A DNA stretch of 64,000 nucleotides from Nemertoderma westbladi (Eukaryota; Animalia; Xenacoelomorpha): assembly GCA_032718475.1 (NCBI GenBank), contig JAUCBJ010001165.1, positions 1-64,000 on the forward strand, written 5' to 3'. The first letter of the stretch is position 1. Each line of letters starts with the position of its first letter. Both the position numbers and the translations under genes were made by a program. The notes beneath the pieces are model-generated. The model was not told the origin of the DNA, did no database searches, and was given only the letters and a program-made list of their open reading frames with translations. Below are positions 46,844-57,811 of the stretch, piece by piece.

Positions 46844-48167
46844 TGTAAAAGCTTCTGTGGGATAGAACTGGCACTTAGCTCCGCAATCCAGTTATCTCCC
46901 CGTGCGCTCAAATACTCTAAAACCCTGCTGTGGAGTGTTTACGGAGATAATCCGTTCCCTGGCTCACAAAGTACCGTATATGTAAAAGCTTTGTGGGATG
47001 ACTGGCTCGTTTGCCTTGCTAAACAGTTCCCCCCCCCCATCGCTGTGATACTCTCAAAGGGATCTGGCTTGAATGGCAAGCTGCCTGTTGGTTGGCTAGA
47101 TTGCTCCTCCCTGGATGGAAGCTCTCAATAAGCCTGCCTGACATATCTGCCAATAAGATTGGAGCTAGTTCTGATTTTGTCCAATACCAAGCTACTGAAC
47201 TGAAAATCCGCTCTGTATGCTCCTAGGTTTCGCTTTTGATTAAAGTTCTTAGTTTTTCATCATTCAGTCACGAGTTTTAGACTTCTAAGCGAGGAGTGTT
47301 ATAAGATCGGTTCTGAGATGACGAAATGTTTTCTGCCTTTTGTACGAACATTGGTAGGCTAAATTATAGAAAGCATAACTGTTATCTTACTTAAATTAAC
47401 AACTTACCATATTTCTCGTTCAATCACTTAATAACTCGACTCAATGCAACAATTTTATCTTAACCTACCGTCATACTGCTTTTACTGTTTGTAATTTTGT
47501 ATCAGTATAATTGGATGTTATTATTTGAAGAATATCAATAATCAACCCACATTTTCCCAATCTCCTTGATACACTACAGGTTAGAGAGAAGGGTTATGTA
47601 CAACAATTGCGACTTTATTATTGTGTTTGTAGTGAATCTAATGTTGTTTGACAGACACTACCTGAGTCCAGTGCATATCTCTTTATACCTGATCAAAGTC
47701 AGTAAATGTCGGCATACCAGTGAGCAGTATTGTGCGTTACCGGTAGCGTGAGTGATTGTAACGTGATTGGATCTGATAACAAAGCATTCCTAAAGAATGC
47801 GCCTTATGCTTGAAATATAAGCCCTATCGTTGTGTTTAATATAAGTCATAACTCTGTTTACATAGGTAGAGCGCCACGTCCTAAAAGGAACTGCTAATAT
47901 TTCCCGAAAGTGAATAATATTTGTCAGAGATTATATATTAGTGATAAATCGAATAATACAGTAGGCTTGCCCGCAAATAAATTTAAGCCCACGAATCCAG
48001 TCTCCCGGTGTTATATAACGGGTCATTTGGACGCGCATGGACTGGCTTCGGCTAATGTTCTGACTTGTTTTTATATTAAATCTTGTCATCGTATAAAAGG
48101 CTATTTATCAATAAAGACATATAAATTTCGGCAGGTTAAACTGCGGAAGGTCTACAAAGCGCGTACA
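46844..48167 (+). repeat. Copy B 3' LTR (1324 bp)
   Basis: Direct repeat of 29240-30562. Confidence 0.97.
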
Positions 48168-48172
48168 GCCGG

Positions 48173-48540
48173 TGTTCTAAGCTGGGAAAAACGTCATTAC
48201 TGAATCATGTGATTCTGCTGTACAGTTTTCATACAAAGAGGAAAATCTCTCTGATTGGTCGAACTGGCTGACCCAAACAAAGAACCAAAGCTCCTGGTAA
48301 AAAGCTCCACGTGTACAGCTCAGCTGTTAGCTGTCGTCATAGTAACTACACTGTTTCAAGAGGATTTAGCGTATTGCGTCATAGAATTGCTAGTTATGTA
48401 AAGTACACATACAGAAGAAATGGCTCTTTTATGTCCACTAAAACACCAGTACAGTAAGGATACGGCTTTTTAGGCCTGTTAAACCAACTACAGAGTACTT
48501 TGCGGGGAAAATAACCAGCCAATTCCGCAAAAGTTTTACA
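48173..48540 (-). repeat. Copy A 5' LTR, second part
   Basis: Matches 17053-17426; ends in TTTTACA. Confidence 0.95.
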
Positions 48541-50477
48541 CCTCCTGTGACACCGCCATCACTTTCTAGGGTGCATGTTCTCCTGTTTCACCGCCATCAC
48601 TTTCTAGGGGGCATGTCTGCTGTAACACTGCCATAACTTCCTAGGGGGGATGTCCTCCTGTGACACCGCCATCACTTTCTAGGGGGCATGTCCGCTGTGA
48701 CACCGCCATCACTTTCTAGGGGGCATGTCCGCCTGTGACACCGCCATCACTTTCTAGGGTGCATGTTCTCCTGTTTCACCGCCATCACTTTCTAGGGGGC
48801 ATGTCCGCTGTAACACTGCCATCACTTTCTAGGGGGGATGTCCTCCTGTGACACCGCCATCACTTTCTAGGGGGCATGTCCTCCTGTGACACTGCTATCA
48901 CTTTCTAGGGGGCATGTCCTCCTGTGACACCGCCATCACTTTCTAGGGGGCATGTCCTCCTGTGACACTGCTATCACTTTCTAGGGGGCATGTCCTCCTG
49001 TGAAACCGCCATCACTTTCTAGGGGGCATGTCCTCCTGTGACACCGCCATCACTTTCTAGGGGGCATGTCCGCCTGTGACTCTGCCATCACTTTCTAGGA
49101 GGCATGTCCTCCTGTGACACCGCCATCACTTTCTAGGGGGCATGTCCTGCTGTGACACCGCCATTACTTTCTAGGGGGCATGTCCTCCTGTGACACCGCC
49201 ATTACTTTCTAGGGGGCATATCCTCCTGTGACACCGCCATCACTTTCTAGGGGGCATGTCTGCTGTGACACTGCCATTACTTTCTAGGGGGCATGTCCTC
49301 CTGTGTCACCGCCATCACTTTCTAGGGGGCATGTCCGCCTGTGACTCCGCCATCACTTTCTAGGGGGCATGTCCTCCTGTGACACCGCCATCACTTTCTA
49401 GGGGGCATGTCCGCCTGTGACTCCGCCATCACTTTCTAGGGGGCATGTCTGCCTATGACTCCGCCATCACTTTCTATAGGGCATGTCCGCCTGTGACTCC
49501 GCCATCACTTTCTAGGGGGCATGTCCTCCTGTGACACCGCCATCACTTTCTAGGGGGCATGTCCGCCTGTGACTCCGCCATCACTTTCTAGGGGGAATGT
49601 CCGCCTGTGTCACCGCCATCACTTTCTAGGGGGCATGTCCGCCTGTGACACCGCTATCACTTTCTAGGGGGCATGTTCGCCTGTCACACCGCCATCACTT
49701 TCTAGGGGGCATGTACGCCTGTGACACCGCCATCACTTTCTAGGGGACATGTCCGCCTGTGACACCGCCATCACTTTCTAGGGGATATGTCTGCCTGTGA
49801 CACCGCCATCACTTTCTAGGGGGCATGTCCGCCTGTGACTCCTCCATCACTTTCTAGGGGGCATGTCCGACTGTGACACCGCCATCACTTTCTAGGGGAC
49901 ATGTCCGACTGTGACACCGCCATCACTTTCTAGGGGACATGTCCGCCTGTGACTCTGCCATCACTTTCTAGGGGGCATGTCCGCCTGTGACACCGCCATC
50001 ACTTTCTAGGTGGCATGTCCGCCTGTGACTCCGCCATCACTTTCTAGGGGGCATGTCCGCCTGTGACACCGCCATCACTTTCTAGGGGCATGTCCGCCTG
50101 TGACTCCGCCATCACTTTCTAGGGGGCATGTCCGCCTGTGGCTCCGCCATCACTTTCTAGGAGGCATGTCCGCCTGTGACTCCGCCATCACTTTCTATGG
50201 GGAATGTCCGCCTGTGACACCGCCATCACTTTCTAGGGGGCATGCCTGCCTGTGACACCGTCATCACTTTCTAGGGGGCATGTCCGCCTGTGACACCGCC
50301 ATCACTTTCTAGGGGGCATGTACGCCTGTGACACCGCCATCACTTTCTAGGGGACATGTCCGCCTGTGGCTCCGCCATCACTTTCTAGGGGGCATGTCCG
50401 CCTGTGACTCTGCCATCACTTTCTAGGGGGCATGTCCGCCTGTGACACCGCCATCACTTTCTAGGGGGCATGTCCGC
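48541..50477 (+). repeat. 38-bp satellite, right part, ~51 units
   Basis: Same unit and orientation as 12522-14648. Confidence 0.97.
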
Positions 50478-51593
50478 AGACCTTTAAACTATAGGAATTT
50501 TAAGTAAAATATTTTATAATGCGCGAGATTCTTTAATGTAGGGGGCCTATGTTCTTTCATTTAATTTTAAACTTCTGTATTTCCAGGGGACCCCCATGGG
50601 AACGAGACATTGTCTCATGGGGCTATCCCCGACATCATGTTTCACTTATATTTTAGTATAACTCGAACTACCGGTAGTAATCTCATGTGCAAGTCCGTCT
50701 TAAATTATGTATAAATTTGTTTCTCTGGATCGGTGTTTGTCTATACTCCATACCACATTTACTTTCGTATTGTTTTCATATTTTGATGTCAATAAAATAA
50801 TTCCAATTCCAATTCCTAGCCATCTTTTTAACAAAATACTTAAAATTTCCGCTACAATCCTTTTGGTTTACCTATTCATGATAAATTTATTTGTTACCAT
50901 AATAATTCCCTGTTCTAGAATCTTTTATTAGTTGCAGTTCCGTTGTAAAATAATACAGGTTTGCATTTTTATTTTTATATTTATGGTATTACTACCGTAT
51001 GTTTACACCAAATTTAGGAAAATAATGCCAGTGTTTTGCTACGGAACATAAATTAATTTAAGTTAAATTGTTTTTCCTGGCTTATATTATAGTATTGTAC
51101 ATTTATTTTGACATATTCCATACAATCAAGACATTTTGGAATGTTTTTTATTATTAAATGTTTAGTTTTCTACTTTATGAATAAAATAAACTCTAGCTAG
51201 TAAACAATTATTACATAATATATTTGATCTACCATGACTCGGTAAGTTTTCCTGGAAAATTTATTTTATATTTGATTAGGATTAAAATATTTATTTTTTC
51301 AACTATAATTTTTTTCCTAGCTCGTAAAAAGTAGTAGCTGACTCAAAATTTAAAATACCATCTACTTCTTACTACAATCTAACTGTTAGAAGGACAACTT
51401 TTTGTTTAAAAAACTCTGGCATTACATAAGGGCTTATGAAATTTTCAAATTTTGGTGTAAATATATTATAGTGATAAATATATTGATTGCAAATTTGCAA
51501 AAGACGAAAGATCTCAGAAGTCAGGAATTCTTACCGTTACGAATACAATTGATTAAATAATTATTTGTACAAGTCTTGCTTCGCATTCGAACA

Positions 51594-52517
51594 ATGCCAG
51601 GTCTACCAGCTGTTGAAGAAATCGAAGTGGATGAAGTTCAGCTGCCGATCGCCCCTCAGCCGAACAACAACGCCAACCAATCAAACTGGCTGTGCCGAAT
51701 GCTGCTGGATGATTGCGATAATCTAATGAAAGTTTTAGCCGCGGCAATAGGAATTCTTCTAGTTGCTCTAGTAACAGTAATCATACTGATGCTGTTACCG
51801 TCGGGAGCAGACGTGACGACCACAATCAGCTCAATAGGGGAAGCTGGATTAATCACCATGACTACAATTACTTCAACGACAATCTCCACAATCACTTCAA
51901 CAACAACCTCCATAGAGGACAAGTTTTATCACTCGTTTATTGAATGCATTGAGCTACCATGTCATCTCTACGCTTATTCTAATATATGCTATAAAGCTAC
52001 ACAATCCGAGACCCAATATACCGTCGGTGGAGCTGATACCATTAAGTATCTATCCACCTCCAAGAGTCAACTCAGATGCGACGGAGGCTGGATTATATTC
52101 TACAGTCGCATCAACAACGACATTAACATCTGGGATGAAGATACTTCTAGTTACTACAGAGGATTTGGAGATCCCAACGGATCGTACTTCCTAGGAGTGC
52201 AAAATATCCATCTGCTGACAAAGGAGAAGGATTGTTACGTAAAGGTCGACATGGGTAACTGGACGAGAATCTACAGCAACTTTACGGTGGGGGTTCTTTT
52301 TTTTAAGCTAAAGATAGCAAATTATACCAATCCACGTACTGCTGGGACCGCTGTTACCGGTGTATTGGATAATAGGGAATACGATCTAACGGTCCTGGAT
52401 AACATAGAGTTTGACTCCGACAAAGTATGGTGGACTGGTGGAACTCATCCCAATAAATGGGAACTGCAGGAAAAAACATTAGAGATGAAACTTAAATGCA
52501 AGCCGAAACGAACCTAA
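51594..52517 (+). CDS. Intronless type-II membrane protein with Thr-rich stalk and divergent fibrinogen C-terminal (FReD) domain, ~307 aa
   Basis: ATG at 51594; hydrophobic VLAAAIGILLVALVTVIILMLL; TTITSTTISTITSTTTS stalk; DGGWIIFYSR...YYRGFGDPNGSYFLGVQNIHLLT matches the FReD GGW..FQRR...Y..GFG...GEFWLG...IH.LT pattern; AATAAA shortly after the stop. Confidence 0.8.
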   Translation: MPGLPAVEEIEVDEVQLPIAPQPNNNANQSNWLCRMLLDDCDNLMKVLAAAIGILLVALVTVIILMLLPSGADVTTTISSIGEAGLITMTTITSTTISTITSTTTSIEDKFYHSFIECIELPCHLYAYSNICYKATQSETQYTVGGADTIKYLSTSKSQLRCDGGWIIFYSRINNDINIWDEDTSSYYRGFGDPNGSYFLGVQNIHLLTKEKDCYVKVDMGNWTRIYSNFTVGVLFFKLKIANYTNPRTAGTAVTGVLDNREYDLTVLDNIEFDSDKVWWTGGTHPNKWELQEKTLEMKLKCKPKRT

Positions 52518-52726
52518 AGAGTTCAAGTTCCAGAAATAAACAAACTGTACCGTAGCCCGTAACAGTAGGTGTTTCTGTAACAAACTAATATAATATTCTC
52601 TAATAGTAAGTAACAATAATAGAAACAGAAATAGTTCTACCAACATGTTTTAATAATATCCTCTGAGTTACAATAAACAAATGAACGGCACTGCCGTAGG
52701 TCGTGTGGCCTCCGTTGGGAACGTCG

Positions 52727-53393
52727 GTTCCAGGAACCGCAGTAGGAATCCCATAAAGGATAGATGGAACCCGTAGACCCAACGGGTCACTCATGGGTTA
52801 CATCCAACTAGTAGACCCAACGGGTAACCCATGGGTTACATCCAATCCTTAGACCCAACGGGTAACCCGTGGGTTACATCCAACCAGTAGACCCAACGGG
52901 TAACCCATTGGTTACATCCAACTAGTAGACCCAACGAGTAACCCATGGGTTACATCCAACTAGTAGACCCAACGGGTAACCCATGGGTTACATCCAACTA
53001 GTAGACCCAACGGGTAACCAATGGGTTACATCCAACCCATAGACCCAACGGGTAACCCATGGGTTACATCCAACCAGTACAGCAGTGGACCCAACGGTAA
53101 CCCATGGGTTACATCCAACTAGTAGACCCAACGGGTAACCAATGGGTTACATCCAACCCATAGACCCAACGGGTAACCCATGGGTTACATCCAACCAGTA
53201 CAGCAGTGGACCCAACGGTAACCCATGGGTTACATCCAACCCGTAGACCCAACGGGTACCCTATGGGTTACATCCAACCCATAGACCCAACGGGTAACCC
53301 ATGGGTTACATCCAACCAGTACAGCAGTAGACCCAACGGGTAACCCATGGGTTCCATTCAACGAGACGCCCTCCGGCTGTTAAACCTAAAGGG
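52727..53393 (-). repeat. Inverted copy of the 38-bp palindromic minisatellite plus tail; right arm of a long inverted repeat
   Basis: GTTCCAGGAACCGCAGTAGGAATCCCATAAAGGATAGATGGAACCCGTAGAC is the exact reverse complement of 11678-11729, followed by ~14 units. The outer boundary (GGG at 53391-53393) is tentative. Confidence 0.9.
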
Positions 53394-54706
53394 TAGAAAC
53401 AAATAATGTAGTTTATAAATAAATTAAGAGTTTATTATTGTTTCCGTAAGAATAATATAATTCAGCTAATTGATATTAATATTATGGTACTTACCATTAT
53501 TGGTTATTATATTTAGTCTCTTATCTTGAACTCAATAGGAAACAGATCGTAGATAATCGTTTGTGTCGTTCCCAGCAGGCAGCAGCGACTGCAATTTGGT
53601 TTCACAGAATAGGCCTATCGTGATTCTTTAATTTAATCTGACATCGACGATACAATATGTAGGAGATTCAACTGTAACTGTATGTAGGCCTATCAACAGT
53701 ATCAAACTATGTGATACTAGAACTACAGAACTGCAGTCATAGTAATAATAGTTTGGTACACTGGTGTAGGCACAGAACCGGAGTGGAGAAACTGAAAGTA
53801 AATAGTACCGGTAGAACTAGGGAAGTGGTTACCTAAACCAAGGCCTAGCCTATCCCGGTAACAGAATGGAGAATGAATTGAATTGAGAAGGTTTATTTAT
53901 TAATTAAGCAAGAATAAAATTAATTATTAAGTTAAAATTAAGTAAAAAATATAGTTACATGAAATAGTATACTACAAAGTTAAACAGCAATAATGTGGCA
54001 AATAGTGGACCGCAGTAAATACGTATATTACCAGCCCGGCGTGTTGCTGCGGGGCGAATCATGTTAGTGGGTGGAGCTGTTGTGGACGTCCATTAATGTG
54101 ATGGTGCACTATTCATTTGTCTGACCATATATGGGATTGTTGAATTTCTATATCTTTCAGTTTTAGCTATTGGCGGTAACGTATTATATTATTGTCATTT
54201 CTGAGTTGCATTTGGTTTCTAATTTCAAATCGCAATGAAGGTAGTAAAGTATCTGTGGCGTAGATAAATTGTTTTTGCAGAATTTAAACAGAGTTTTTCG
54301 CGTCTGTCAGTATTGCATCATATAAGGCAACATCACCTCATATCATAAGCAACAATAAATGGTAGTGATTGGATATTCCTACATGAACGGTATAGTGTTT
54401 ATTAATAAATTTTGCGGGAATGATTTTACAATCGTGTCCGCTAAATTACAGTTCTAATATGTAGTACAGTGCTTGTAATTTTGATTTTGTGTAAGATAGA
54501 ACTTTTTTCATGATGTGATGTAGATACTTATTGTATTAAAATTATATACCGATTATAATATTAATAATTAATTAGAAATGGAGATCAAATTAACTAAATA
54601 AATGAATACGAGTCCATGTTCTCTATAACGAATACAAGTAAATGTTTTCTGATACATAACGTCTAAAACTGTTGCGGGTCCTTACTCCCTCTCGCCTCTG
54701 ATCCTA

Positions 54707-55034
<328 letters not shown>

Positions 55035-55288
55035 CTTTTTTTAAAATTATAATTTAATCCACAATTATTTGTCTGGAATTATTAATGAGTCATAGTAGCT
55101 AGGAATTTTTAATAGATAGTTAGCGTACCAAGTAATTATTTACTAGCTAGTTTTTTTATACAATATATCGATGGCTGCCAAAATATCGTATTTTTTTAAT
55201 TCGGCTTGAACAATTTTTCTTTTTTCAGTGTTCTAGAACAAAAAATTTTACAAAAAATTTAGAACAATTTATTTATTTAATATTATAT

Positions 55289-55548
55289 GTATTATACACT
55301 ATTCTAGAGCATAAATAATACAAATGATATAATGTTCTAGAACATATAGTTAGTTATTTTTCAAATTTAGAATAGCTAGTAATACAAAAAAAATTATTAT
55401 TTATACTATTTATTTATTAAAAATGTTATCTACCAAATTGGATATTTTTTTAAATTTACTAGCTATTTCAAAATTAAAAAAAAACTAGCTATATGTTCTA
55501 GAACATTATATTTTTTATTTTATTTATGTTCTAGAATAGTATATAATA
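55289..55548. repeat. AT-rich imperfect inverted repeat (~100-bp arms, ~50-bp spacer) rich in TTCTAGAA and TAGCTA
   Basis: GTATTATACACTATTCTAGAGCATAAATAA...ATGTTCTAGAACATATAG is mirrored by CTATATGTTCTAGAACAT...TTATTTATGTTCTAGAATAGTATATAATAC. Confidence 0.75.
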
Positions 55549-55887
55549 CTTTTCTATTGTTCTAGAACTCTTCAATGTTGCCGTAGTAACAATGAGATAT
55601 GTTTTAAAAATGCAGTTCTATACTAAACTCTAGCCCCAAAAAAGTGTTCTAGAACCTTAATTGATAGCTAACATGTTCTAGGACTTTAAAAAGTAGCAAA
55701 AAATAGCTAGTTTAAAAAATTTATGATTTTTTTTTAATGTGTTCTAGAATACCAATATTCAACATCATTTTTTTTTGTGCTACAAACTGCAGTTAGTATA
55801 GGCCCTATAAGCTTTGATATTTAAGAAATATACTGAAGAAAGACTTTACAAACTAAAATATATTATGTTCAAGCAAGAATAGGTGCA

Positions 55888-56277
55888 CATGTGAAGAATA
55901 CCAGGATTTCACTTTTCGGTCGACCTTTCATTAGAATTTTATATATGAATATTATTTATTTTTTTAAATTTATCATTATTAAGTGTTTTATACTGTAGCG
56001 CTTATTTCTGTCTTACTATATAACCTGAACATATACAAATTCGTTTATTTTTTGGTTAATTAAATTCATCTCTTCTGTAATCTGTGTTTTTATTGAAAAC
56101 CTGGTATTCTTCACATGGGGGTAACTGCAAAGTGAAATATAACGGTAGAAAGTCTGGTATTCTTCACATGGGGGTAACTGCAAAGTGAAATATAACGCTA
56201 GAAAGTCTGGTATTCTTCACATGGGGGTAACTGCAAAGTGAAATATAACGGTAGAAAGTCTGGTATTCTTCACATGG
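55888..56277. mobile_element. Small MITE-like element whose right end is amplified as a 53-bp tandem repeat
   Basis: CATGTGAAGAATACCAGG at 55888 is inverted relative to CCTGGTATTCTTCACATG at 56100. The motif recurs at 56101, 56154, 56207 and 56260. Confidence 0.6.
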
Positions 56278-56358
56278 GCCAAGATTCCGTTGCTACACTG
56301 GGTAGAAATCGCCGAAAATAAATATAAAGGAAAATACCATATTGGTTTACTGTATATT

Positions 56359-56553
56359 GAAGAGAGGTGGACAATACTGTAGGTGTGGTATCCGTGACAG
56401 TGTTATGGATTTGGGTGCAACGTGAAGAGAAGTGGACAATACTGTAGGTGTGGTATCCGTGACAGTGTTATGGATTTGGGTGCAACGTGAAGAGAGGTGG
56501 ACAATACTGTAGGTGTGGTATCCGTGACAGTGTTATGGATTTGGGTGCAACGT
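56359..56553. repeat. 65-bp tandem repeat, 3 copies
   Basis: GAAGAGAGGTGGACAATACTGTAGGTGTGGTATCCGTGACAGTGTTATGGATTTGGGTGCAACGT x3. Confidence 0.95.
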
Positions 56554-56559
56554 GCAGCG

Positions 56560-57732
56560 TGTACGCGCTTTTGGAGACCTTTAGCAGTTTAACCTGCCAA
56601 AATTTATATGTCTTTAGTTGGTAAATTGACTTTATAAGATGACAAGATTTAATACAAAATAAACACAACATTAGCCGAAGCCAGCCTGTGCGCGTTCATT
56701 CACCCGATGGTTACACCCGGGAGACTGGATTCGTATGCTTAGATTTATTGCAGTGAAGCCTACATGTATTATTCGATTGATCACTAATATATAATCTCTG
56801 GCAAATATTATTCACTTTCGGGAAATATTAGCAGTTCCTTTAGGACGTGGCGCTCTATCTATGTAAACAGAGCTATGACTTATACTACACACAACGATAT
56901 GGCTTAGAATTCACGTATGAGACGCATTCTTTAGGAAATGCTTAGTTATCAATCACGATCACAATCATACACACTACCGGTACCGCACAATACTGCTCAC
57001 TGGTTTGCCGACAGTTACTGACTTTGATCACGTATAAAGAGAACAGCAATTGACTCATGTAGTGGCTACCAAATAGCATTATATTCACTACAAACCACGA
57101 TAATATAAGTCGCAATTGTTATATATAGCCTGTCTCTCTAACCTGTAGTGCATCAAGAAAATTGGGAAATTTGGGTTATTTGTTGATATTCTCCAAATAA
57201 TAACATCCAACTAACTGACACAAATAATTACAAACAGTAAAAGCAGTAAGACGGTAGGTTAAGATATGATACAATATAAAACGTGACTCGACCGAGTTGG
57301 AACGATGCGATATGATCGATAAGATAAGATAACAGTTATACGCTCTATAATCTAAGCATACTAATGTTTCTTATAAAGTCAGAAAACGAATTGATTCTAT
57401 AGCCGGTGTTCCTGGCCTAGAATAAACCAACACACTGAACGATGATAGGAAAGAACTATATGAATACCAGCTACCCTTATTTTACAAAGGATCCCACCCA
57501 CCACAGAGAATGAGCATACAGATAGGAAAATCAGTTCAGTAGATCTGTGATAGGTCAAAATCAAAACCAACTCAAATCCTATTGGCAGATACAGAAAGCA
57601 GGGCTATGGGGCAACCTTCCTACAGGGAAGAGCAAATCAGCCAATCAACAGGTAGCTTGTACCATTCAAGCTAGAGATCCTTTTTTAGAGTATTCCAGTA
57701 AACGAATCAGTTATCCCACAAAAGCTTTTACA
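56560..57732 (-). repeat. Copy C 3' LTR (1173 bp)
   Basis: TGTACGCGCTTT...AAAGCTTTTACA termini are homologous to the LTRs of A and B. Confidence 0.9.
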
Positions 57733-57811
57733 CCGCTCCCAGAAAATGGGATTTAAGTCTATAAAATATACAAAATCACAGTTTCTAAAATACAAAAAAT
57801 ACTCTAAACAG

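Larger units (their letters stand above)
29240..48167 (+). mobile_element. BEL/Pao LTR retrotransposon copy B, full length (18,928 bp), recent
   Basis: LTRs at 29240-30562 and 46844-48167 (TGTA...TACA) with ~3 differences seen by eye. TSD GCCGG at 29235-29239 and 48168-48172. Domain order PR-RT-RH-IN. Confidence 0.97.
14649..48540 (-). mobile_element. BEL/Pao LTR retrotransposon copy A (deleted, non-autonomous; hosts a MITE and copy B)
   Basis: LTRs at 14649-17426 and 28405-29239 + 48173-48540, with TG...CA ends. Flanks ACTCC/CCTCC form a 5-bp TSD with 1 mismatch inside the satellite. PPT TGGGAGCGG on the minus strand at 17427-17435. Confidence 0.93.

Noticed and set aside
50585-50630. Small GC-rich hairpin around GAGACATTGTCTC
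   Set aside because: A single occurrence with no supporting context; cannot be distinguished from chance.
54030-54056. Helitron-like terminal hairpin CCAGCCCGGCGTGTTGCTGCGGG
   Set aside because: Too degenerate, with no matching second terminus found.
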